From the human T2T-CHM13v2.0 reference genome, Homo sapiens, in the NCBI RefSeq assembly GCF_009914755.1, contig NC_060928.1: a stretch of 64,000 bases of DNA; one strand, 5' to 3'. Below the pieces are notes generated by a model. It had not been told where the DNA came from. It made no database searches and worked only from the letters and a program-made list of their open reading frames with translations. The stretch's first letter is position 1, and the number at the start of each line of letters is the position of its first letter. The translations under genes were made by a program, and so were the position numbers. Below, one piece after another: positions 47,873 through 61,539 of this stretch.

Positions 47873-50177
47873 GCTGTACTGACTGCCATTATAATCATAC
47901 ATGCCTCAAGGCCATTTTGAAAACAAATAATGCAACTGATTATGCCTAGAAGAGTGTCTAGCACACACATAGACACATGTACACATAGACACATACACAT
48001 GTATACACACACTTGTGTGTATATATAATATATATTAATATTATATATATAATATATATATGTGTGTGTGGGTGTGTGTGTATCAAGGTCCTTTTTCTGA
48101 CAGTCTGCCTATCAGTAATTAATTGTATCCTAAATTATTTCTCTATTTTGGTTTTAGAGATTAGGTCATACCCGCTAGTCTGCTTTCCTTTCTCATTTTG
48201 GGTCTCATTTGAGCCCCATTCAGCTGTTCTCCATCACTAACATACAAGAAATGTCTGCCGAGGTTGTGAAGGATGAGGTCATGATTCACACTCGAAGGAG
48301 AAGAAAGGAAAGGCTGATTTCCGGAGTGAGACTCTGGTTTTTGGCAGAGCCAGTGACCTGAGCAGAATGAAATGACACTGTGAATTTTCATTCCAACAAA
48401 GAAGAAAGAAATCCAATTGAAAACTAGCTTTGACTAGATTTTGCTGCAAAATAGAAGATGATATTGAGCTAAATAATTCAAATTCTTATTCAGAACATAG
48501 AGAATGGGGGGGCATTCACTCTCTACCGTCAAGAGCCTGCTAAGGCGATTTCAGCTGCTCCACGCTCCCCTTGCTTCCAGCCTCCCACGTGGCCAGGCTG
48601 GAAAACTGCCACCACCTCCACATCCTACCCAGATCTCACCTGCTAGAGCACGGGCGGCAGGGATCCGCTCCCCAGCACATCAGTTTTGGTCCATCAGAAA
48701 CAGAACATTAGAGAAGACTCTCAATATTGCTCATGTTAGAATAAAGCCAGCTTCTTTTCTATTAAAAAAATGCTTGTCCAACTCGCGTGAGGTTTGTCAG
48801 CGATGCAGAGGAGGGGCTTTTGTTGTTGCAGGGGTCATACTTTTCCATTTGTTTTTCCTCGTGGAATTTTCTCCAGCTCTCCCATTTAACACTGCGTGCC
48901 CCGCCCCAGCCTGGCCCCATGCAATGCTTTGGTGCTCCAGGGTTGCCGGTGGTCCTGCAGGGTCTGCAGTCACACAGGTCTCTCTCCTGGAGGCAGAGTC
49001 CCTGTGGGTCTCAGCCATGTTCTTGGTCAAATGCAGAAGTGAAAACAAAGCATTTCAATATTTATTGAATTACCCTATTTGCTAGCCTGCATTTTCATTT
49101 TCAATTTATTTTTACACATATTTGATACCTATCATGGGTTGGGTACAGAGCTAGGTTCCAAGAGGAAAACAGTAAGGAAAAAGCATTCCTGTTCCTGATA
49201 AGTAGTAATCTCTATTAAGAAAGTTCAATGAGGACAGAAAGAAATATCACAAATAATTGTAGTGCAAGCAGAATCATGTCGTTCCCAACTCTGCCCACGG
49301 AAGGGTCGCTGGGCTTCTCAAGGGCCTCTGGCCAGGATGTGGGATGTTACTGGAATAGACGTGCACCATTCTTTGATTCATTCATTCACTCACTCCCCAC
49401 TTCACTTGCTTCTTATGCCCCGCCCAGCCAAGTTAAATCTCCTTCTGTCTCTCAAAAGTGTCAAACTGCTTCAATCTCTGGGGCACAGCATTTGTCATTG
49501 CTTCTGCCTGCCCCTTAATAACCATATCCACCTGCTTGTGTCTTTTAACTGAGTTATCAGTCACCTCCTCCATGAAGCTGTCGCAAGCTTTCTCAGGATG
49601 ACGCCCCTCTTGCTGCATTGTTGCCTGGTCTGTGCCTCTGTGTAGAACTTGCCACATTGCATTATGGCCAGAGGCTTGTGTGTGTCCCCACTAACCCTGA
49701 GCTCATTGTTCTACCTACTCCCTGCACTTAACACAGTGTTTGGCTCCCTATAAATGCTGAATAAAGGTTGCTGATTATTGCATACAAGAATGTATTCAAA
49801 AATCTGCAGCATCAGATATTAATGCAACCAAAACAATAAGATCTTGGCTATTTTGCAGAGTCCATAGCTCTGAGAGCCAGGGGGAAAACAACATACATTG
49901 AATTCCTGTGTATTCTATTTGTTTTATGTATTGAGGCAGGTGTTTACATGTTCCAGAGAATAGTGGGGGTATAAAATTAGACATACCCTCAGCCAGCCTG
50001 TAGGAAGCTAACTATCAGCTAGGCGATTCCGTAAGATGAAACCACCTCTTGGGCAAATGTATATGGCCTTTGATTTAGAGGCTTCTAGAAATTCATTTGG
50101 CACTCCATAGACTAGACATTAGCACCAACTCTCAACATTTTATCTTATCTCAGACAATATTGCTTTAATTACTGCTA

Positions 50178-50408
50178 GAGCGGCATTGTCCAGTAGAACT
50201 TTCTGCAGTTATGGAAATATTATTTAATTGTGCTGTCCAGCGTCACTAGCCTCATGTGGCAGTTGAACACTTGTAAAGCGACTACTGCAACCAAGGAACT
50301 GAATTTGCTTTAATGAAATTTAAATTTAAATGGCCTCCCGTGTCTAGCGGCTATCGAATGAATGGCCTCCCGTGTCTAGCGGCTATCGTGTTGCACGGCA
50401 CAGCTCTA
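50178..50408. mobile_element. MER3-like hAT element
   Basis: ttgtccagtagaactttctgcagttatggaaat...actagcctcatgtggc. Confidence 0.75.
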
Positions 50409-52419
50409 GAGGCTTGGGCATATTATACCATCCTATCTATGTACACTAAACTTCGTGACTGTGGATGCTTGTGATGTAATAAGCTGGGCCCTGCAAGTTA
50501 AAATTATTTTTGACATGGAGGTAGCGTGTGATGAAGTGCATTGATGGTAGCTAGGGCTGCATTCAAACTTGTAGAGGCACTGAAACCCTCATGGTGCTCC
50601 TTTGGCCACTCCCTGCCTCTATGCTGTATGGAATTAAATAGATTTTTTAAATTTTACACACATACACACACACCCCCCCACACACACACGTTTAACAACA
50701 GCCTACAAAGAATAACAAAATCCAATAAAGTTTTAGTTTTTCCTGTGTTTTAGCTTTTTCCTCTTCAATGCATTTTTAAATTATCAAATATAAAATTCTT
50801 TAAGAGGCGAAGTGTTCCAGCTTTGCTAGTGCTCAAATCACCTGTGCCTGCCAGGCTAGACTGGCACTCTGGCACTGATACTGCTCAAGGCTGAGCAGAG
50901 AGCTGTGGAGTGAGGTTCACCAGACCGGGAAAGACTTCATCTCAAAATGCCTCTGGGGCCAGGGGTGGCGCGAGGAAAGAGGTTATAGAAAGCCAAGGTT
51001 CTGATTAAAATGGAAGTGGTTTCTAGAGAGGCTAATACAAACATCCATTTGTCATCTCTCAAACCCACAAAACTCCAAGGAACCATAGCTGTTCTCTCAA
51101 GTGGATTTCTTGTTTGCCAAAACTGTTTTTGGACAAACTTTACATGGAAGCCTGCCATAGAAATGAGAGGAAGGCAGGCTGCTGGGGAGGGCTGGAAGGA
51201 AGATTCAGCTTCATGCATTTACCTGGAAACAGAGGCCCTCTGAGGAGCCCCTGAGCACTTAGGAAATAAATTTAAAACCAGTGAAATTCACTACTTGTAG
51301 GAAAACAAATTCAGAAAGTTCCCTGAGTCAGCTATGGCAGGGCTTGGCTAAGAATGAGGTACTTGTGGCTTCAGTGTTAAGTGGACCTCCTGCTGCAGCC
51401 AAGCCTTCAGTACTGCAGTGTTCCAGCCCTGAGACTGGCCTGGACAGTGTCTAGCCGGGGCCTGAGGAGCCCACCCCGATAGGTCAGTGTGCAATGCTGG
51501 GGGCAAAGAAAAAAGAGCTCAGTGGCAGTCACAGCCCAACATAAAGCACAGCTTCAATTCTTCGTGAAATGTGACAGGGATGAGGGCACCTTGCTCCAAC
51601 AAAGTCAGCCTATTGAGGGTAGGGAAGAGAGGGAGGGTTCAGAGAAAGAGGGGAGATGAGAGGAGAAAGAAACACTTCATTACATAATTTAACTATGTTC
51701 TGTGCAAATATCCAAAATATGAGTTAAAATATTTAAATCTGTTGTAGCCAAATCTGAGTTATTCGTCATTGCTATAGAAGATCATTTGCACAAAGCTTAT
51801 GTTTCATGGATTCCAGTTTAAGGTTAGTCCAATCCTGTCCCCGACCTCATCCCAGCCCACTGTATCAGTTATAGTAAAAATCATTTTAAACTTTATCCCC
51901 AGGTCAGGTTCCCCAGACACACTGTAAGATGGAGACTTGCATGCAGGAGATTTGGGGACATGCAGTGGGGACCAATGCCTGCAAAGACGTTGTGCTGCAA
52001 GAGAGGGACTTGGGGACAGAGCCCCAGCCAACCCCAAAGGGTGCTCTGGAACTGGAGGGATCCAAGCGAGTTGTCCCAAACTAAAACAGGAGGTCTACCC
52101 TATTGCCCACTCCTGGCAAGGGAAGGAGGCGTGACCTTGGCTTGATCCTATCTGCTGAGGACCATTCCTGAAGAGAAACCCAGCTAGAAGCCATTGTCAG
52201 TCACTACAGCAGGAGAGATTCTGGCCTCAGTTCTGAGGGGGATCTGGGCAGTGCCACACAGTATCCACCATTTTTGGCTTCACGTGCCCCTGTGGGTATC
52301 TGACTCTGGCCACAGAACCAGCTGCTCACAATGGAAGAAATGTTGAGATACTTGGTTCCACACGCTCTCCTAACAGAAACCCAGGCTCAGAACAATGAAG
52401 CGAGTTGTCCTTGGGCGTG

Positions 52420-52960
52420 CCAATGGTTGTCAGACGTTCTTTTCCATCGGAATCACCTGGAGGGTTTGTTACTACTGGGCTCCATCCCTGGAGTTTCTGA
52501 CTGGGTAGATTTGGGATGGAGAATTGGTGTCTCCAACAATTTCCCAGGCGCCTCTGCTGCTGCTGGTTCAGGAGCCACACTCTGAGAAGCACGGGGAAGC
52601 AGGTGAATGTTGGGAAGACATTCTGCAAGACAGGAGTGGCAGAGGCGACATTCTCATGGTGGAGAAAAGGAACAAAGCACCCGAGACAGTCCTGGAACTG
52701 CTTCCTGCCAGTCCACTTGCTGTAGAATCAGCCGCTGTGGGAGGAGTGAAGGCATGGGGCCAGGAGCTTGACGTTCTGAATTGGAATCTTCCCTCTACCA
52801 TTTACTGACTGGGTCATCTTGGGCAACTTACTGACCCATTCCGTGACGCAGTTCCCATAAGACGGGGCTGGTGATGACAATAGTTACCTAAGTCACTGTG
52901 AGGGTTAAACGAGTCGTAGAAAGTACATTTTGAGGAGTGCTTGGCATATTTTAGGTGTAC
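52420..52960. mobile_element. MER5A-like fragment (~52420-52590) and MIR (~52735-52960)
   Basis: gaatcacctggagggtttgtta...gggagccacactctgagaagcac; ctctaccatttactgactgggtcatcttgggcaacttact. Confidence 0.7.
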
Positions 52961-53111
52961 AAAGTATCCTATTAGAGATAAATCAGCTGCTCTTTTCGTT
53001 CTTCTGATGGATTGCTAATGAACAAATATCCATGAAGGAAGAAAACCAGTTGTAGCTTTTTGTGGTTCAGGAGAAGGGCTGCCATGTCTCTTTGGACAAA
53101 ATTTGTATCTA

Positions 53112-53475
<364 letters not shown>

Positions 53476-53477
53476 AT

Positions 53478-54675
53478 TTAGCCATTTTAATAGGTCTACA
53501 GTGGTATCTCATTCTTTTTAAATGTGTATTTCCATAAGAACATATGATGTTGAGCATCTTTCTTATGCTCATTTGCTGGTGAAGTGTCTGTTCAGACCTT
53601 TGCCCATTTTTTTAATGGGGTTGTTTGTCCTCTTATTTAGTTTTATACATTCTTTATATATATTGGATTCAAGCCCTTTATCAGATATGTGTTCTGCAAA
53701 ATTTTCTTCCAGTCTTTGGCTTGTCTTTTCATCCTCCAGCAGTGTCTTTTTGTTTCCAATTCTAATTTGATTTTATTTTTTAACTTCTATTTTAGTTTCA
53801 GGGGTACAGGTGCAGGTTTGTTATACAGGTAAATTGCATGTTGCAGGGCTTGGGTGTACAGATTATTTAATCACCCAGGTAATAAGCATGGTGTGCCGTA
53901 GGTAGATTTTTGATCCTCCCCCTCCTCCCGCCCCCCAGTCTCAAGTAGACCCTGGTGTCTAATGTTCCCTTCTTTGTGTCCCTGTGTACTCAATGTTTAG
54001 CTCCCACTTATAAGTGAGAACATGCAGTATTTGGTTTTCTGTTCCTGCGTTAGTTTGCTTAGGATAACTGCCTCCAGCTTCATCCATGTTGCTGCAAAGG
54101 ACATGATTTTATTCTTTTTATGGTTGAATACTATTCCATGGTGTATATGTGCCATATTTTCTTATCCAGTCTACCATGGATGGGCATCTAGGTTGATGCC
54201 ATGTCTTTGCTATTGTGAATAGTGCTGCAATGAACACATGCATGCATGTGTCTTTATGGTAGAATGATTGTGTATTCCTTTGGGTATATACTCAGGAATG
54301 GGATCGCTGAGTCGAATGGTAGTTCTGTTTTAAGTTTTTTGAGAAATTGCTAAACTTCTTTCCACAGTGGCTGAACTAATTTACATTCCCACCAGCTGTA
54401 TATAAGCGTTCCATTTTCTCTGCAACCTCACCAGCATCTCTTAACAGTGTCTTGTGCAAAGTAGGAGTTTTTAATTTTAATGCAGTCTAACTTACTTTTT
54501 TTTGTTTCATGAATTGTATTTTTGATGTTGTATCCAAAAATTCATCACCAAAATCAAGGTCATATAAATTATTGTATGTTTTCTTCTGGAAGTTTTACAG
54601 GTTTGCATTTTAAAATTAGGCCTATGATTCACTTTGAGTTAATCTTTGTGAAAGACATAAATTCTATGTCTAGGT
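53478..54675 (-). mobile_element. Nested L1, antisense: younger L1P-type 3' end (~53765-54440) inside an older L1M fragment
   Basis: gtttagctcccacttataagtgagaacatgcagtatttggttttctgttcctg; cagtgtctt appears on both sides (53739 and 54445), a possible TSD. Confidence 0.85.
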
Positions 54676-55255
54676 TCAAAGCCATGACCCAGTTATTACC
54701 CTGTGAGGACAGGTTTGGCTGGCATGGCTCTGAGGAGCCAGAGGACAGCATGAGGACCTGTGGCAAGAAGGAAAGAAGAAGGAAAGGACACCGGAAACTG
54801 TAGCTGGAAAAGACACAAGGCAAACTTTGTAATTGGTCTCAGGCTAGTTCTGTAAGAGTGGAAACACATTCACTAATTTTTAATAATGTAAAATTTGGAC
54901 CATTGAAAGATTCAAATAATGGCTGTAGGTGGTCAAAAAGGAGGATTCTGACACTTTTGTTAGTGAAACATTATCCGTATCTTAGTTGTTGCATCAAAGG
55001 ACACATTGAATTGGGCTGTGGCAACTGCAGCCTCCCTGTGTGCCCAACCCCCACTCCACATGCGTGGTCGGCTCCAGAGGTGGGATTGTTCCACCGTGGA
55101 AGGTGCTCACATGTGGGGAGCCCAGCACCTCTCTTGGCCTGCCTTTGTGTTCTCCTAACTCTATCAGTAATAGAATAAATAAAGTAGAACTTTAACCTTC
55201 AGACTGCTAAAACAAATGTCTTCTGTGTTGCCGTTTCTTTAAATGTGAATAAAAG

Positions 55256-55419
55256 CCTCCTTCCTTCCTTCCTTCTCTCCTTCCTTCCTTCTCTCCTTCC
55301 TTCCTTCCTCCTCCTCCTCCTCTTTCTCCTCCTCCTCCTCCTTCTTCTTCCTCTTCTCCTTCTTCCCCTTCTTCTTCTTCCTCTTCTCCTTCCTCTTCTT
55401 CTTCTTCCTTCTTCTTTTC
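55256..55419. repeat. Polypyrimidine compound microsatellite (CCTT)n(CCT)n(CTT)n
   Basis: About 160 nt of pure C/T; source of the poly-E/K ORF artefacts. Confidence 0.97.
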
Positions 55420-56187
55420 AATTTTATATGGCACTAAGACAATATCCCAGGACCACCCTATTCGTAAACTGCCATCACCCAAACTTGTCATAGGATTGCT
55501 TTAGATCTGGATTGTGATGATGTAATAGCAATGTTTATCATGCTTTTATTGTGAGCCTGGTGCTATACTAATTTATATAAAGATGATCTCGTTTAAAATT
55601 CCCAATAACATGCAAGAGCTGATGGTATTTTCCCTGTTTTATGAATGAAGAAGCCGAGACTCTGACGGGTTAGGTGGCTTGTCTGTGGACACTCCCTCAA
55701 TAAGGAGCAGGGCTGGCTGGCAGGCTTGCTCTGACCCCATCAGCAATACTCTCCACTCCCCTGCCACGGTGCCTGCTGCCGGAGGGATCTCCAATCACTC
55801 AGCTGAATTTTAATTTTATCTTATGGATGAAGAGTCACGTTTGAGAGTATACTGAATGGAATTTTTCCACGTACCGTTGGTACTATGAATTGTAACTACG
55901 TAAGATTGAATTGAGAGCTGGCAGGGGAGCTTTGCTTGGCAAAAATCAGAAGTGGGGAAATTAAGGCTGGGCTGGAGCTAATGTACAGTAGCGGAGACTT
56001 CTAAGGCTCATTCATATTTCAGCCTCCTCTCCATCTGGGCTTCTCCCACCCCCCGATTCTGCTGCAATTAGGCAGAGCCATGCTACTATTTCTGATGAAT
56101 GAATTGTGGTGAAAAATAATGTAGCTTAAATATAGCTTAATAGGCAGGAACATGTATTTACTTGTTGGTATAAAATGTGTAGAAATA

Positions 56188-56547
<360 letters not shown>

Positions 56548-57323
56548 TTACCAGGGGGTCAGTCAACTACAAAGTTGCCCAGACACACAGAGGACTTTGC
56601 ACAAGTGAGAAGTCAACTCGTTGGGTTTTAACCACAGACTTGAGCGTTGGTGGTTCACATGGCATCGCCTGGCCTTCCCGGCAAATGGGCTCTCCGTTAG
56701 CCCGTTACCTCCAGTTTAGGTGATAGGCACACTGACATGCTCCCTCCCCGCCATGCTCACAATTTATCTTCTATAATTTTGAAATAATTCAGACTTCTTT
56801 GGAAAAGCTTCTGTCATTTACTTCAGTCTGGAGGTTGAAGATCCTCCGTAGAGTAGGCGCCAGCCACAATTTTAAAAGGTGTTCCTATGATCTCTTATTT
56901 CCTGCAGACGGAAGGAGTCGGGTTTCTGTGCTGTGCCTACTGCAGGGAAGGGGCTGGAAATGGATTCTCTCATCGGAGTTATTGAGGACCTGGACCGAGG
57001 CTCAGGTGTTTCTGGGCACTTTAGAAATGATTCTTACTTTTCTTCCGTATTGAAAATCAAAAAAAAGGAAGATGTTATTTCAGCTCATACACTGTAACAA
57101 AATTGGTGATATTTAGCTTTCCTATTTACCCCATTTTTTGAGGCAGCAGAAATTCAAGCTATAACACCATCAACACCTGTGAAGGGATTTATTGGTAGAG
57201 ATGGAGTTTCTTATCCACTGAATCCTTGTGTTGAGTGGAGTGGGCTCACATTCAACAGCTACTATAGCAGTCATAGAGGTCACATTTCACTAAATCATAA
57301 GTATTCTAGTAAAACAAATGCAA

Positions 57324-57613
57324 GGCTGGGTGCAGTGGCTCACGCCTGTAATCCCAGTATTTCAGCAGGCTGAAGCAGGAGCATCGCTGGAGCCCAGTTA
57401 AAGACCAGCCTGAGCAACATAGTGAGACCTTGTCTCTACAAAAGCAAAAAATTAGCTGGGTGTGGTGGCACTCACCTGTAGTCTCAGCTACTCAGGAAGC
57501 TGAGGCAAGAGAGCTGCTTGAGCCCAGGAGGTCAAGGCTACAGAGAGTTATCATCATCGCACCACTGCACTCCAGCTTGGGCAACAGAGCAAGATGCTGT
57601 TTCAAAAATAAAT
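57324..57613 (+). mobile_element. Alu (AluJ-like), sense
   Basis: Diverged Alu. Confidence 0.9.
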
Positions 57614-57906
57614 AGATGCATATATTTGCATATGTACATGCATCTAAGTTATAGATGCATCTATTTTATATATATGAATCTATTAATATAGATGCACCTA
57701 TTATATATAAAAATAGATGCATCTATTATATATATATAATATATATGCATCTATTATACATATATAATATATGCATCTAATTATATATTATATATTATAT
57801 AAATTATATAAAATATATTAAAATATATATTATAAATTATATAAATATATATTATTATATATAATAGATGCATATATATTTTCTATATATATATGCAAAT
57901 ATATAT
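57613..57906. repeat. AT-rich quasi-palindromic repeat built from atagatgcatctat and (TA)n units
   Basis: Directly visible. Confidence 0.92.
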
Positions 57907-58196
57907 TTTGGAGCTATTTGGGTAAAAGTAAAATTATAGAATTGATTCTCAATGAAATACCATTTATTTAATAAAATGGTAGAATTAGTCACTTTTCTGT
58001 ATTACATCATTATTTTTACATTTTGAAGCATTTTACTTTCAGCAATTATTTGCACAGTTGGAATCTTTAGAGGAAACGCAGAGAATTTGGGATGCCATGC
58101 TGGCCTGAAATTTCAATCCCAAGAGCACTGACTGCCAGATAATCAGTGTGAATGAGAAGGAAGACTTCGACTCAAATCTAGGACTAGATTAAAATT

Positions 58197-58240
<44 letters not shown>
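58197..58240. repeat. (ATAG)11 tetranucleotide STR
   Basis: Perfect run. Confidence 0.97.
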
Positions 58241-58241
<1 letters not shown>

Positions 58242-59883
58242 ATTAGCTTAGTTTATATGCATAATATGTATATATAATTATACATTAAATGTGGTTATTA
58301 CATATTAGAATAAAGTTAAATTGTACACTTGTGCATATACACACGTACACATATATATACACATATGTGCCATAACAAGCATTTTGAATATATAGGTAGG
58401 TGAAAAGAAAGAAATGAGTAAGAGAAGGAGGGAGAGAGGGAAGGAAGGAAAATTAGATTGTACTAGAATGAAATACATGAAAATATTAACAATGATTATT
58501 GATGAATGGTGAAATTATATGGACTATTTTAAAAAAATACCACATGATATTTTATTTAATAACAATACATTGTTCTAATAATCACTAAAGTAAAACAACA
58601 ATGAATGCAAATTAAAAGAAGCAATATGAATGGTACTAAGTTCATACCTAAGCATACTTTAAAGAAAAAGTTATTTTATTTTTTAAAATAAGCTTTATTA
58701 TTTCATTGAGAAATGCCTCTCATTTGCAAAAGTGTACTCTGAACTTCTGATTTGCAGTCCAGCACATAAAGAGCTTGACATCATCCCTCACATCCTAACA
58801 ACAGGAACAAAGCTGAATGAACTGGACACCAGCAACTTTTCTTGGATCCGTCAGAGAATTGAGGTCACTGGACATGCCACCGCCTTAAAATTGGAGAGGC
58901 AGACAGACAAACCCAGAGAATTATAGCTTAATTCAAACACAGCCCAGGAGCAGCAATCGCCACTGGAGCCAGTACTGGGGTAGGAAAACTTAGACTGCAA
59001 TTGACAAATTTCTGAAGGCTCTTGTAGATAAGCTTGAGCATTAAAAATGCCAGAAGGGGGCCTGGTCTGGGGTGGGGGCACACTTTTGTGAGTTTTACCT
59101 CCAGAAGCCCTGCGGTTCTCATGGTGAGAAAAGAGAAAAATCCCCTCTTGCTTCCCAAAGGGAGCCGTTTTGAGATATGCCCAGAGCATTTTGTGCTCCT
59201 TAACAAGACCCATCTTCTAAACTTACAAGGAAAGGCAAAAGATCCAGATGACTAGACACAATATTAAAGGAAAAGAACCAAGTTGAAGAGTTGACATTAC
59301 CTAACTTCAAGACTTATCGTAAAGCTATAGTAATCAAGACAATGTGGTATTGGTGAAAGAATAGAAAAATCGACCAGCGGAACAGAGTAGACAGCCCACA
59401 CCCGCACAGATCCCATCAAGCAATCTTTGAAATAGACAAATCGAGCAGCGGAACGGAGTAGACAGCCCACACCCGCACAGATCCCATCAAGCAATCTTTG
59501 AAAAGGGCGCAAAGACGTTTCAGTGGAGAATGGATAGTCTTTTCAGGAAATGGCTCTGGAATATCTGCATGCGTAAGAAATGAATTAGACAGAGTTTACA
59601 TATTTCTTACATATTTCACAAATAATTAACTGAAGATGAATCAAAAGTCTAAATGTAAAATGTAAAACTATGAAACTCCTAGAAGATAATAGGAGAAAAT
59701 CCAGGTGGCCTCGGGTATGACGATGACTGTTCAGATACAACACCAAAAGTATGGTCCATGAAAGAAAAAAATTATGTCAGACTTCATTAAAATCAAAAAC
59801 TTCTGCTCTGCAAAAAACTCTGTTAAGAGAATGAACAGACATGCCACAGACATGCAAAAACACACACTTGATAAAGGATTTGA

Positions 59884-60183
<300 letters not shown>

Positions 60184-60755
60184 AACAAAGAACTTTTAAA
60201 ACTCAACAATAAGAAAACAAACAACCCAATTACAAAATGAGCCAAAGATCTGAACAGATACCTCATCCAAGATATACAGGTAGCAAATAAGCATATGGAA
60301 AGATGCTCAACATCATGTTATTAGAGAAATGCAAACTAAAGCAACAATAAGACACCACTACATACCTATTAGAATGGCTAAAATCCAAAATGCTGACACC
60401 ACCAAATGCTAGAGAGGATGTGAAGCAACAGGAGCTCTCATTCATTGTTTTGTCCTTACAAAACTAAATAAACTCTTACTATATAACATGGAAAATGCAT
60501 GTCTTGGTATTTATCCAAAAGGGCTGAAAAACTATGCACACATAAAAGCCTGAATGTAGATTGTATATGCTTTACTCATAATTGCCAAAACTAGAAAGCA
60601 CCTAAGATGTTATCCAATAGGAGAATAAATAAACAAACTGTAGGACAAGGTTGTAATGGAATATTATTTAGCAATAAAAAGAAACAAGCTATCAAGCCAT
60701 TAAAAGACATGGGGGAATCTTAAAGGCATATTGCTAAGAGAAAGAAGCCAATCTA

Positions 60756-61539
<784 letters not shown>

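Noticed and set aside
48504-49085. Longest non-F11 ORF (193 aa, + strand)
   Set aside because: No recognisable domain or motif and no supporting exon structure; an ORF this long is expected by chance in GC-moderate non-coding DNA.
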